Origin: Squalus acanthias
Taxonomy: Eukaryota
Reading direction: 5' to 3'
Length of the DNA: 64,000 nucleotides
Assembly (NCBI GenBank): GCA_030390025.1
Contig: CM059431.1
Coordinates: 113,524,001-113,588,000 of the forward strand
The translations under genes and the position numbers were made by a program. Positions 12,438 through 25,420 of this stretch are shown in pieces. Position 1 is the stretch's first letter. The number at the start of each line of letters is the position of its first letter. The notes below the pieces were generated by a model. The model was not told the DNA's origin and searched no databases. It was given only the letters and a program-made list of their open reading frames with translations.

Positions 12438-12682
12438 AGTGAGAAGTCGCACAACACCAGGTTATAGTCCAACAGCTTTATTTGAAATCACAAGCTTTCG
12501 GAGCGCTGCTCCTTCGTCAGGTGAAGTGAAGAAATGCATATGGGCACAGCATAAATAGTCAGAGAACAATGCCAGACGACAACAGTTAATCTTTCTAACT
12601 GCCCTTTATCACACCTCGGCAGAGAGACAATCACGGCAATCAAAGGTGTGGATGGTGTCCAACCAGGTCAGTCAGGAAGACA
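12438..12682 (-). mobile_element. Penelope-type terminal unit with hammerhead motif (~245 bp)
   Basis: tataaa TSD at 12432-12437 and 12683-12688 inside CR1; homologous to the 7233 and 29185 units. Confidence 0.75.
12488..12524 (-). ncRNA. Minimal type I hammerhead ribozyme motif
   Basis: UCAC-CUGACGA-A-GGAGC-agc-GCUCC-GAAA-GCUU-GUGA. Confidence 0.75.
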
Positions 12683-13247
12683 TATAAAGCCAAGGATCCC
12701 AAGTATGCCTTTTTAGAGCCTTCTCAAATTGTCCTGCCACTTTCAAAGACTTGTGTATGTACACCCCCAGGTCTCTCTGTTCTTGCACCTCCTTTAAAAT
12801 CGTACCATTTAGTTTGTATTGCCTCTCCTCATTCTTCCTACCAAAATGAATCACTTCACACATCTCATGTGTTTAAATTTCATCTGCTATCTGCCCATTT
12901 CACCAGTTTGTCTTTGTCCTCTTGAAGTCTGTAACTATCCTCCTCATGGTTTACTACATTTCCGATTTTTGTATCATCTGCAAACTTTGAAATTATGCCC
13001 TGTATACCCAAGTTCAGGTCATTAATATATATCAAAAAGAGCACTGGTTCCAACACTGACCCCTGGGGGACACCACTGCATACTTCCCTCCAGTCTGAAA
13101 AATTGTTCACCATTACTCTCTGCTTGTAATAAGGTTGCATCTAATCTTTCTTTCTACACTTTGGTCCTCCCTACATTTTCCTCGCTTTTAGTGCCCCATA
13201 ACACAGAACAGAAAAAGTTACCCAGGCAGCTACCTGGTGGTAATAAT

Positions 13248-14171
13248 GGCCTGAATTTTAATACTTTGGCGGATTGGGAGCAGGGGGGTGCTCGGAAGCT
13301 GTCGGGAAACCTGGGAGAAGGGGTTTCCCGCAGGCTCTGCCGAATTTATCGGCAGGCCCTGATTTGCATTTGAAGCCTCTGTTTCCCACCCGCAACAAGC
13401 CAGATGGAGAGGCTGGGTGGCTGCGGGCGAGAGAAGGGAGGGATTGCGTGAGGGCTGGGGGCTGATCGGGAGGCCGGGGGCTCATTGCGTGGGAGCCGGA
13501 GGAGCAGCGGGGGCCGGGGGCTGATCGAGTGGGGGCCGGGTCTGATCGAGGGGGCGGAGAAGCATCGGGGAGCCGATCGAGTGGGGCCTGGGGGCTCATC
13601 GGGGGGTGGGAAGGCGGACGACATCGAGGGCTGGAGTAGCATTGGTGGGGGGGTGGGGGGGGGAGGCAGATGACATCAGGGGGCTGGAGGAGCATCGTGG
13701 GGGTTGGGGTGGGGTGGGGGAGGGGGGAGAAGGCCGGGAAGGCGATCGGAGTCCTGGGGTGGAGGGGTGGAGGGGGGAATCACATGCCTCGTGGTGGGGG
13801 GGGGGGGGGTGCTCTCCAATTGCGGGGATGGATTAGGTAGGGACGCTGGATTCAGGATTTTACCTCCTGGATCCAGCAGTCCTCACCTTACTTTAGCTGG
13901 CGGGTTTCACGAGGCCTGCAAAAACTGACCAGCCACTGTTAAATTTAAAATGGTGGTTAAATCTGAGGCATGTCAGCCTCATTATAATATTTAAATGGAC
14001 GACCTGCCTCCTGGGAGGGGTTGGCTACCCGCCCCCGCACCCCCCCTTCCCGCCTCTGTTAAAACTGGAAGTGTGCGGGTTGGAGGCAGGTTCTGGTCGG
14101 GATTCAGATTTTTAACACTAACTTCCCACCCGACCCCAACCCACCCTTTTTTTGCAGTTAAAATTCCCTCC
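13248..14171. mobile_element. Harbinger-type MITE with G-rich tandem interior
   Basis: Ends ggcctgaattttaa / ttaaaattccctcc with aat TSD; the right half resembles 679-1412. Confidence 0.75.
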
Positions 14172-14659
14172 AATGTCTCTACCTAAAAGGATAAACTTTC
14201 AAAACTACTCAGAGGTAAAATACTTCATCACGAGGAGGAGAGCAACTGAAGGCTACATGTATGTATATGTGCATGTTAAAATGCCCATGGTGTGGCAATA
14301 TGAAAATTTAACGTACTCACCATTACACTTTGGCAGGGTTCTGGTGATAACTCTGCGAGTATTCCAATTAAATCTAATAGATGTAGTGGAATATAATAGA
14401 ATCTATTGAATTGAATGGGAAGGCTTGCAATGTTATCGCTGGGATTTCAGTAAATCATAGTGGTGAAATTATCGTGGAGCACGAACTGTGGACACTTTAA
14501 CATCGAACAGAACATTTAAAGGGGTATCTCTTCCTCGTGCGTAAAGTCAATGAAAAATTATTTTATTATATATATGATATAATGTACTGTCCACTCTCCT
14601 AATTTGAGTGGGGCGTGCAACAAAACCGGCTTCCCACAATACTCTCAGATATTCTTCAA

Positions 14660-17600
14660 TTGTTGGACAATGATCATAATATCATAAGGTTTAGATTAGC
14701 TATGGAAAAGGACAAGGAGCAATCTAGAGTAAAAATACTTAATTGGAGGAAGGCCAATTTCAGTGGGTTGAGAACGGATCTGGCCTGGGTAAATTGGAAT
14801 CAAAGATTGGCAGGCAAAACTGGAATGGAACAATGGGCTGCCTTTAAAGAGAAGATTGTTCGGGTACAGTCGAGGTACATTCCCACGAGGGGGAACGGTA
14901 GGGCAACCAAAGCCAGAGCTCCCTGGATGATGAAAGAGATAGAGAGTAAGATGAAGCAGAAAAAGGGCATGTATGACAGATGACAGGTTGAGAATACAAG
15001 TGAGAACCAGACTGAATATAGAAAGTTCAGAGGGGAAGTGAAAAAGGAAATAAGAGGGGCAAAGAGAGAGTATGCGAATAGACTGGCAGCTAACATAACA
15101 GGGAATTCAAAAGTCTTCTATAGGCATATAAATAATAAACTGGTAGTAAGAGGAGGGGTGGGGCTGATTAGGGACCAAAAAGGAGACCTACGCATGGAGG
15201 CAGAGGGCATGGCTGAGGTATTAATCATAGAATCACAGAAATTTACAGCACGGAAGGAGGCCATTTCGGCACATTGTGTCCGGGCCGGCCGACAAAGAGC
15301 TATCCAGCCTAATCCCACTTTCCAGCTCTTGGTCCATAGCCCTGTAGGCACTTCAAGTGCACATCCAAGCACTTTTTAAATGTGGTGAGAGTTTCTGACT
15401 TTACCACCCTTTCAGGCAGTGAGTTCCAGACCCCCACCACCCTCTGGGTGAAGAAATTTCCCCTCAAATCCCCTCTAAACCTCCTACCAATTACTTTAAA
15501 TCTATGCCCCTTGGTTGTTGACCCCTCTGCTAAGGGAAATAGGTCCTTCCTATCCACTCCATCTAGGCCCCTCATAATTTTATACACCTCAATAAGGTCT
15601 CCCCTCAGCCTCCTCTGTTCCAAAGAAAACAAAGCCAGCCTATCCAATCTTTCCTCATAGCTAAAATTCTCCAGTCCAGGCAACACCCTCGTAAATCTCC
15701 TCTGCACCCTCTCTAGTGCAATCACATCTTTCCTGTAATATGGTGACCAGAACTGCATGCAGTACTCCAGCTGTGGCCTAACTAGTGTTTTATACAGTTC
15801 AAGCATAACCTCCCTGCTCTTGTATTCTATGCTTTGGCTAATAAAGGCAAGTATTCCGTATGCCTTCTTAACCACCTTATCTACTTGGCCTGCTACCTTC
15901 AGAGATCTGTGGACCTGCACTCCAAGGTCCCTTTGTTCCTCTACACTTCTCAGTGTCCTACCATTTAATGTGTATTCCCTTGCCTTGTTAGCCCTCCCCA
16001 AATGCATTACCTCACACTTCTCCAGATTGAATACCATTTGCCACTGTTCTGCCCACCTGACCAGTTCATTGATATCTTCCTGCAGTCTACAGCTTTCTTC
16101 TTCATTGTCAACCACACAGCTGATTTTAGTATGATCTACAAACTTCTTAATCATACCCCCTACATTCAAGTCTCAATCATTGATATATACCACAAAAAGC
16201 AAGGGACCTAGTACTGAGCCCTGCGGAATCCCACTGGAAACAGCCTTCCAGTCACAAAAACACCCATCAACCATTACCCAACCATATTAAATGAGTACTT
16301 TGCATCTGTCTTCACCAAGGAAGAAGATGCTGCCGAAGTCATAGTGAAAGAGGAGGTAGTGGAGACACTGGATGGGATAAAAATTGATAAAGAGGAGGTA
16401 CTAGAAAGGCTGGCTGTACTTAAAGTAGGTAAGTCACCAGGACCGGATGGGATGCATCCTAAGATGCTGAGGGAAGTAAAGGTGGAAATTGTGGAGGTAC
16501 TGGCCATAATCTTCCAATCCTCCTTAGATATGGGGGTGGTGCCAGAGGGCTGGAGAATTGCAAATGTTACACCCTTGTTCAAAAAAGGGTAAAAGGATAA
16601 ACCCAGCAACTACAAACCAGTCAGTTTAATCTCGGTAGTGGGGAAGCTTTTAGAAACGATAATCCGGGACAAAATTAACAGTCACTTGGACAAGTATGGA
16701 TTAATTAAGGAAAGCCAGCATGGATTTGTTAAAGGCAAATCATGTTTAACTAACTTGATTGAGTTTTTTGATGAGGTAACAGAGAGGGTTGATGAGGGCA
16801 ATGCGGTTGATAATACATGGACTTCCAAAAGGCGTTTGATAAAGTGCAACATAATAGACTTGCCAGCAAAGTTGAAGCCCATGGAATAAAAGGGACAGTG
16901 GCAGCATGGATACAAAATTGGCTAAGTGACAGGAAACAGAGAGTAGTGGTGAACGGTTGTTTTTCCAGACTGGAGGAAGGTATACAGTGGTGTTCCCCAG
17001 GGGTCGGTATACTAGGACCATTGCTTTTCTTGATATATATTAAGGACTTGGACAGGGCACAATTTCAAAATTTGCAGATGACACAAAACTTGGAAGTATA
17101 GTGAACAGTGAGGAGGATAGTGATAGACTTCAAGGGAACATAGACAGGCTGGTGGAATGGACGGACACGTGGCAAATGAAATTTAACGCAGAAAAGTGCG
17201 AAGTGATACATTTTGATAGGAAGAACAAGGAGAGGCAATATAAACTAAAGGGTACAATTCTAAAAGGGGTGCATGAACAGAGACCTGGGGTATATGTGCA
17301 CAAATCGTTGAAGGTGGCAGGGCAGGTTGAGAAAACGGTTAAAAAAGCATATGGGATCCTGGACTATTTATAGAGGCATAGAGTACAAAAGCAAGGAAGT
17401 TATGATGAATCTGGAGTATTGTGTCCAGTTCTGGGCACTGCACTTTAGGAAGGATGTGAAGGCCTTAGAGAGGGTGCAGAAAAGATTTACGAGAATGGTT
17501 CCAGGGATGAGGGACTTCAGTTACGTGGATAGACTGGAGAAGCTGGGATTGTTCTCCTTAGAGCAGAGAAGGTTGAGAGGAGATTTGATAGAGGCATTCA

Positions 17601-17955
17601 AAATCATGAGGGGTCTAGATAGAGAGAAACTGTTCCCATTGGCGGAAGGGTCGAGAACCAGAGGACACAGATTTAAGGTGATTGGCAGAAGAACCAAAGG
17701 TGACATGAGGAAAAACTTTTTTATGCAGAGAGTGGTTATGATCTGGAATGCACTGCCTGAAAGGATGGTGGAGGCAGATTCAATTGTGGCTTTCAAAAGG
17801 GAATTGGATAAGTACCTGAAGGAAAAAAAATTGCAGGGCTACGGGGAAAGTGCGGGGGGAGTGGGACTAGCTGAAGTGCCCTTGCAGAGAGCCGGCACAA
17901 GTTCGACGGGCCGAATGGCCTCCTTCTGTGCTGTAACCATTCTATGATTCTATAT
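14660..17955 (+). mobile_element. Long decayed CR1 LINE ORF2, interrupted by an antisense CR1
   Basis: DHNIIRF (end of endonuclease domain), KSPGPDGMHP, QHGF, MDFQKAFDKV and a 3' UTR; frameshifted. Confidence 0.9.
15225..16284 (-). mobile_element. CR1 LINE nested antisense inside another CR1
   Basis: ORF 15309-16169 (RT C-terminus); tattaa duplicated at 15219-15224 and 16285-16290. Confidence 0.9.
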
Positions 17956-18942
17956 AGTGAGCTAAAACCTGGCAAAAGAATACAATTACTAAAAACCTAA
18001 ATAGTGAGGTTAAAATATGACCTCTTTAAGAGTCATTTGGCAAAAACAAATCCACTAACACAAGCTTAACCCTGCTGTCACATACTGGGCTCATTAAAAC
18101 ACTTACTTCATTTGATGTTACCTCAGCTTCTTAATAACAACCATATCAACTGGCAACCAGAAACCCATTACAAATACATAGGAAAAAAAGTCCCGTTGGC
18201 ATCCACAAATGCAGCAAAAACTCAAATCACAAAAATACAGTCTATCTAAATAGTACTACATGCACAACGGGGTAAAAAAAACAAGATAAATATGAACAGC
18301 AGGATTCTTGAGTTTAAAGGTAATTAGAAGGAAGAAATGAAAACAGAAAAATACAGCCAAAAAGACGAGACATTCGATCAAAGAAAATGATCCTTAATGA
18401 CGCAAAACAACCAAAAACTGGATCGGAACCAAAAATGAGACAAAATAGCATTCAAGATTCTTTATACAGATACCTACACCCCCCGCCCCCGCCCCCCCAC
18501 CAAACGCCCCACAATTTGAATGAAGGACACTATGAAATGATTTACTGTATCTTCGGAGTAAAGCCATACATTAAAAAATAAACTGGAATACCCACACTTG
18601 CTTAAGCAACAGTGCAAATTTCACAGAAAGCTGAGAACACACAAAGGTAGGAGAAAATGCGCTGAAGCGTTTGGACAAAGTATATTAGGCTGCAGACAAA
18701 TTTGCAGATCTCGAAGCAGCCATTGTAGCATTGTTTTCAAACCCTAATTAACTTCAGATGGTTTACATATAACTGAAAAATATGTCCACGAACATAATCT
18801 TGAAATACATCAGATAAAGAGAAACATTAACTGGATTGAATATCCTGGACATAAGAAAAATATAATTTACTAATTAAATATCCCTGGTAGTAATAATCGA
18901 GGCACCATTGCCTGGGAACATCTGCCCCTGGAACCACATATT

Positions 18943-19696
18943 GGCCCGGATTTTGCGGTGGGTATGATGGTGTACTCAGAGTACGCTGTAATACCGCCTT
19001 TGAAATCCACCACAAGTTTGGGATTTCCACGTGCGCTTGCACTAAATCCCGAACTTGCGGTCTGTCAACGTACGCCTTGACAGGCCATCCGCTCCGCCAT
19101 CGAAAACCTATCTGCCGGCGTAGAGTTGGGCTAATTGGCCACCAACTGCCCAGCAATTACATACCAAAATTTTATGGCTGGTGCAAACAGGCGCAGGGCC
19201 TATTTGCACAGCGTAAGGGGATACCGAAATGAAAAAAAATGCTTTTTCAAAAAAATTAAATGACAGCCAGGAACATTAACAGCTTTAATGAGAAGCAATC
19301 CTAGTGTATGGTAAAGCTGCAGATTTAAAAAAAAAATAACATTTACATTTCATAACGTTCTGCACAGTATTTGTTTAGAAGTGGGAATTATGAATAATGA
19401 ATTGGATTCCCATGTTAAAAGTTATGTATTTTAAAGACTGTTCTAATGAAGTAATGCAGTAATTTAAATGAATGAAAGACAATCTGTATTCTGATTGGAG
19501 GACCAGGCCCACGTGATCCCAGGTACGCTTCTGCACAGGCGGCGTTGCTGGGATCCGTGGGCCATTACGCTGCCTTCCTACTTGCAGTGTCAGAGCGCAA
19601 GTTTACACAGGAGGGCCCCCATCAGGTAGGTGCGTATTCTTTTCGCAGCTTAGCAACGTACTCCAGAGGTACGCCACCGACCGCAATTTTTGACCC
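18943..19696. mobile_element. Harbinger-type MITE related to family B
   Basis: Imperfect TIRs ggcccggattttgcgg / ccgcaatttttgaccc, AT-rich middle, and the gattgg...cccacgtgatcccagg module shared with family B. Confidence 0.65.
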
Positions 19697-20005
19697 ATAG
19701 CTTTTTTTTGGCCAACTCTAGGACTGATAATTTTATTCACCTATAGAATTCCAAATTGAGTTGAGGTTTTTAAAGTTCACAATTGAGGCATTTATGAAGC
19801 TGAAACTAACTACAATATCACAGAATGCAACTGAACGTGGTGGCAGATATTAGCTGCAATCTTTAGTGGAGATAAAACTGCTTTGTAACTACTACAAATT
19901 TTGATTCTACACTAGATCCCTCTCAGATTCAGCATCAGTAACCACTTCGGTAAGTAGACCCCACATCCCCTATGGCCAGGAGTATACCTTTACTGCCCAA
20001 TACTG

Positions 20006-20400
20006 AGAGGGAATTTTAACCCTACCCATCTGCCATAAATTGAGCAAGTGGGTAGTTAAAATGCCCTGGATTACTTACCTGCCAGAAAGTTGTCTGGAAC
20101 CTGCTGTTTCTAATTTTATTGAATGCTTCTGGACAGGCGGTTAAGCTGCTCACCCAAAGCCAGCGGGATGCTAATTCACATATGCTAATCGGGGTCAGAT
20201 AACATCATCAGGACCCGACAGCGATTTTAACTCCGGCCTGAGTGGGGAAGCTGCTGCAGCTTTTCTTCTATGTGAAGAAGATCAGAAACCTGAAGAGGCC
20301 CTTCAAGTAAATTTTTGACTTTCCTTTGTGGGGCCAGTTGGAGCAGAAGTGCTCCTCCGGATCCCACAAAGGTATGTTTAAGGCTCCCCTTCTCAGGCTC
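20006..20400. mobile_element. Partial MITE (octamer/hairpin family)
   Basis: Left end gagggaattttaac; homologous to 56957-57285 (gaagctgctgcag, atgctaat, ggggtc...gaccc). Confidence 0.6.
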
Positions 20401-21100
20401 CCCCCTTCCCTATTACGAGACCCTCCCTACCTGCAACAACTCCTTCCGTTATTACCTTCTGTCCTTTGAAATTCTATCACCTTGGCTCTCATACCCCAAT
20501 CTCTGTTTACTCTGGTCAACCACCATGATAATAATGATTCATCTGATTTTCTCCATAACTGTCTTGCTTCCTCCTTTGACACCCTTGTTGCCATTAGATC
20601 ATGCTCCACCGCTAATTCCTCCTGAACTAGCCCCCACCTCTCTGATTTCATAGTTATTCCCCATCTCCCCATCAGCCCTCTCTAATCTTATCTCATCCTT
20701 GAAGCCCATCATTCGTTCTCTCAAACCCCTGTTGCATCCCGCTTCCTCTCCTCAGCCCCATGCTTGCTGACATTATCAACAAGTCCCCGTCTTTACCTTA
20801 TCCAAAAACATCACCCCCTCTTCAAAAAAGTCTACCTTTGTCCCCTCCATTCTCTCTATCCATCACCCCATCTTCAACCTTCTCTTGACAACATCATTTT
20901 GGAAGCATTGGGTCAGCTTCTGCATGTACATCAAGGGCACTCAGCTCTACCTTTCCATCCCCTTCATCAAACCCAAAGCAGCTGCCACTGTCTATGCAAC
21001 ATTAAGAGATCAATGAGCCAAAACTTCTTCCAGTTAAATACTGGTATAAAAACAAAACTATTGCCAACCTCTTTGAATCCTGTAAACACATATGTAGCTC
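20400..21100 (+). mobile_element. Highly decayed L2-like LINE remnant
   Basis: Pyrimidine-rich, with traces such as cactcagctctacctt and atgagccaaaacttcttccagttaaa typical of L2 RT; no intact frame. Confidence 0.45.
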
Positions 21101-21794
21101 CACCCTTGAATCCATCCATTGAGTAGTAGAGAGTTGCGGAGAGCTTCGAGTCTGCAATCTTTATACAGTGCCAATATATAGTTAATACATTTTTAAAATA
21201 TATAAATTAAAATCTACAATGACCTGCTAACATTAACTCAATTGCAGGATATGGCCTACTCCAAGGTAATTAAGTATGAGTTGGATGCATTCTCAAGGGC
21301 ACGGACTGCAGCGTGAAACAAATTTTTCTAACCTCATAGATGTTTGGTGAGGCCAAATTTGAAATGCATCGTGCAGTTTTCGGTATCTACTTTCATAAAG
21401 GACTTTGATGCAACAAGGATGATTCCTGGCTGTGAAGCTCTAAGTTATAACAATAGTTGAACTTGCTGTTCATTACAAAAACAAAAGATTGAGGAGAAAT
21501 ATGACCCAGATCTTTAAAATCCTGAGAGGAATGGATGATATAGATGCAATCAGGTTATTTAAATTTGGGAACACTAAAACATTAACAATTGGCATTTATC
21601 TACAATGGCAAAATAAAGACTTAGTACCAACTCAAAAAAAGAAACGGCCATATGTTACGGAGGATTTAGACTCTGATTATACTATGGGCTATTATGTGTT
21701 ATTATGAATATTACATAGTAATTTACTTCTGTTATATGTAGCTGCAGATTAAATTGTACTCTTTAGTTTGATAGTATTACTGTGGCTCACTTAC

Positions 21795-22015
21795 TGGCCA
21801 TTGGCGGCCATGCCTTCAGCTGTCTAGGCCCTAATTTCTGGAATTCCCTCCCTAAACCTCTCCGCCTCTCTACCTCTCTCTCCTCCTTTAAGACACTCCT
21901 TAAAACCGACCTCGTTGACCAAGCTTTTGGCCACCTGTCCTAAGATGTGGCTCCTATTTTGTCTGATAACACTCCTGTGAAGCATCATGGGACATTTTAC
22001 TACATTAAAGGCTCT
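21795..22015 (+). mobile_element. L2 LINE 3' end
   Basis: Matches 43400-43640 (gccttcagc...ctggaattccctccctaaacctctccgcc...ttgaccaagcttttgg). Confidence 0.8.
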
Positions 22016-24344
22016 GTTCTACACTGCAACATAAAACTAAACAAAAAAAAAATGTTGAAAGAGAAGAAAACAACAAGCTTAGCATAATCTATTGTAATGA
22101 AAATAGACTGAAGGCTGTGCGGATTTTATATATCAAATTTGAAAATCCTGATGCTCTTAAGATAGGGTTTAAGCAATCCCCAGGGAGATGATAATTGTTG
22201 CTTGGAGATGATTTGTCTATTCCACAGTTCAATTTAGCTTTGATCCAGAAGTATCTAAATTATAGGTTCTTTAAAGGGGAAGGGATATTTTCATGAACAG
22301 CCAGACAGTCAAAGGTATTATTTGCAACTGGAATGTCAGATAATGGCAGTAATGGAACCTGGTATTTGCATCGCCTCCGGATCATTTGAACAAACAAAAA
22401 TGTAACTTTTTTATTGGGAGTCAAAACAAGTACAACTGGGAGAAGAAAAGACTCTTACTGAATCAGTGATGCATTGTGATGTGCATCTGTTAAGGGTAAA
22501 TCTTCAAAGGGCCTGCTTTCACATCAAAGAAATCATTCTTTATAACCCAGAGTCCGTATCAGGGCCTTTAAGCTGCTATCTCACCCAACCCTTACGAGGA
22601 GTGCAGAATAGGAACTCCAGGAGACCGACCGTCTTACATAAAAGTGACACCAACATTTCCGCACTCCACATTCCCAGCAGGGAGCCACGCTCGAACGGAA
22701 TGTGGGTTGGAGATAGAGTAACAACACTGCAGCCCCAATTCTCTGATTCACACTTCCTTGAATCACAACTCCCTGTGGAATTAGGGAATTTTCCTCTCTG
22801 TTGTAAGGATTTTGCTAAAAACAAAATCCACACGGATTTCAAGTTTCAACTCTGGGCAAATTTAGGGCGGGTGAGCAGTGGTGTGAGCACCCGATGTTCC
22901 AAAATGAGGCCCAGAGTATTTTAATTCCCGGACCTTATGTAACTTTCACTCCACACCCATGAGAAAATCAGTCCCTCTGAAATGTTCCTTGCGGAATTTT
23001 GATGGAAACGGGTTCTGCCTCATTGTCCAGCCCGTGATCCAGAGATCCATCAGGATTTTGCATCCTCCATTTTTATCAAAGGGTTCAAGCGAAGATCATA
23101 TTATGTAACTGCAGAACAGCTAGTTTAAATACATTTGCTTAGCTGTGTTGTTCCCCGCACCCCCCACCCACCCCGCCACCAACTTCATTTTTCTATATGT
23201 AGATTTGTACGAGGTGCTCCAGATTCTAAAAGCATTCCTCTGGCCTTTGTTAGTCAACATTATATTGTGTGACGGATCTCAGTCATGACAAAACTCAGAA
23301 GACAATTGCTACGAGCCCTGCATATATATGCTGAACTAACGCTGGTAACAAACTCTGAATTCCAAAACCAGATTAGGATTCAATCTAAAAACAGGTATTA
23401 GACAATTCTTTTTAGATTCCTCAATGTTGAATTCAACAGGGTAAACTTTTGTGAAGCTCTGCTTCACTCTGCAGAGCCTCACTGGCTGGAGTCATGGAAT
23501 GGATGTGGAAGTCTATATGACCAATGTGCAGTGTGTCACTCGTTGCGGCAAAGAAACGTCTCCATTTTTTGTGGTTTATATCTTTAAAAATCCCATTGCA
23601 GATGCGCTTTGGCTGGCTCGGCCTGTGCAAATCGATTTCTTTAAATTGTTCACAAAGCTCTTTCTTTTAAACTTACTAGAAGAAGAAGAGCTTGCATTTA
23701 TATATTGCTTTTCACATCCTCGGAGCACCCCAAAGCACTTCTCAGCCAATGAATTTGTTTAAGGTGTAGTCATTGTTGTTATGTTAGCCCTGAGATCTGG
23801 GTCCCTAGGCTCCTTCGGCAAGGGCAATTACTCACCACCCTCTGTGGAGGAACGGTACTTTCTCTCTCATCCATTCCCAGATCCTAATTCTCACTCTTGC
23901 CCAACAGTCTTGCCTTCTTGGCCTTCAGTTCTGCCAAAAGGACCTCCATGGATGTGTCCAAGAATCGGGGCAACCTTTCACCTGCTGACACCCCCGACCG
24001 AGGCTGCTGCACCTTCAGACGGTTTAGCCACTGCTGCTCTGCAGAAACACCTGCGGCCTTTCGAATTGCTGCAGTTCAAAAAAAAAAATGCTGCGGCTTT
24101 GAATTTTCCGTGATCCCAGCGGTGGCAAGGCTATCAGGAGCAGTATTACTGCCATTACTGCCCAGCGTACCAAATTAACACCTGGGAGGAAATTACAGCA
24201 GGGAGATAATCCACCACATAATTTGATACTGTTGCTTGGCAAGGCCTTGTGCCATAAAAAGCAATTAGCTTGACAGCCCCTGATAAAGCAATCCCTGTCC
24301 TGGAAATGGATTTTTGGGCAGGTTGTAGACGACTGCACAATTCT

Positions 24345-24515
24345 AAGCATTTAAGGGGAAGCTAGATAAACACATGAGGAAGAGAGGAGTAGAAGGATAT
24401 GCTGATAGGGTTAGATGAAGTAAGGCGGGAGGAGGCTCATGAGGAGCATAAACACCGGCATGGACTAATTGGGCCGAATGGCCTGTTTCTGTGCTGTAGA
24501 TTCTATGTAATTCTA
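24345..24515 (+). mobile_element. CR1-type 3' end fragment
   Basis: gcatttaaggggaagctagataa ... ttgggccgaatggcctgtttctgtgctgta 3' UTR. Confidence 0.7.
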
Positions 24516-25119
24516 GCACGGGCCCCTTGGAGAGTTATGGGGCAGATTTTTTGATAGGATCAGTGTGAGACCCAAATCATTTTTATGGCCGGGCCTCATT
24601 TGTATAGTTACGATGAGCTGCAAGCGCTGAAACAGCACCCAGAGACAGCTCGCAATCGGGGGCGGGGGGTGGGGAGAATCCAGGGGCTCCTCTACAGAGC
24701 CGAGCCGGATGTTAAAGGGAGAGGAAGGCGGGGCGGGGGGGGGGGGGGGGGGTAATCATGGGGGTAATACGCCTTCCCTCAGGGAATTCTCAAGAAATCA
24801 CTGAGCAACATATTCAGCTGAACCTGTGGTCTTAACAACTTATGTCTTTTGCTTGCTTGATGCTGTTCTCTGCCAACGTGATAGAAAACTATGCTATAGT
24901 CTAGAATTTACTGTCAGTGATGTTATTTTCTGAACGTTTAATGTTCTCATATCAAATTCCTCCCTCTGCTATTTTAATGGAAGCATTAACCTGTTTAATA
25001 GAGGGAGGAATATAATTTGAGGTGTTCAGCATCACTTAGCAATAATTTTTAGCCTGACATGATTATTTCTATACAGCCCACACATCACTGTGGAAATAAA
25101 GACTGTGTTAAAATGCCAG

Positions 25120-25420
25120 TGTGTGGCTGAGCCAGACACCACGAAGATGCTCGGTTCAATCCCCAGTCTCTTTTGATCTTTGCAGGGGCGTAGATAGGCG
25201 CACTATAAATGGTCAGGGTTCGCACTTTTGATCATTAATGGCTCCCAGTAAAATGTGTATCCATGTGTGACTATTTGATGAGGCCAGATTGCGACTCAGT
25301 TATGAGGCCTCTACGGTTTAGTAGCTTACCATCAATCAATGTCTAGGCTCACAATGAAGAATGCCATTCTGATGAGGTAGAGAACTGATGCCTTTGGGAG
25401 ATGAAGAGAGAAAGGAATTA
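25120..25420 (+). mobile_element. Old SINE-like repeat (unnamed)
   Basis: B-box-like ggttcaatccc; shares aggctcaca..tgaagaatg with 25500-25530 and 54570-54930. Confidence 0.45.

Larger units (their letters stand above)
9580..13125 (-). mobile_element. CR1 LINE fragment interrupted by a Harbinger derivative and a Penelope-type unit
   Basis: 3' end at ~9580 and RT motifs at 12880-13140. Removing 10173-12419 and 12438-12682 restores a continuous CR1 reading (tttgtgctctatgcctctatttataaagccaaggatccc). Confidence 0.85.

Noticed and set aside
935..13815. CRISPR-like repeat-spacer arrays in G-rich repeats
   Set aside because: The units are degenerate minisatellites inside MITEs, with no constant repeat plus unique spacers, in a vertebrate context.
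22455..22924. Possible exon (152-aa ORF; minus-strand acceptor- and donor-like sites)
   Set aside because: No frame stays open between the sites and no recognisable protein.
23433..23762. Short ORFs with Cys/Trp content
   Set aside because: No recognisable family, and the 3' part runs into a SINE tail remnant.
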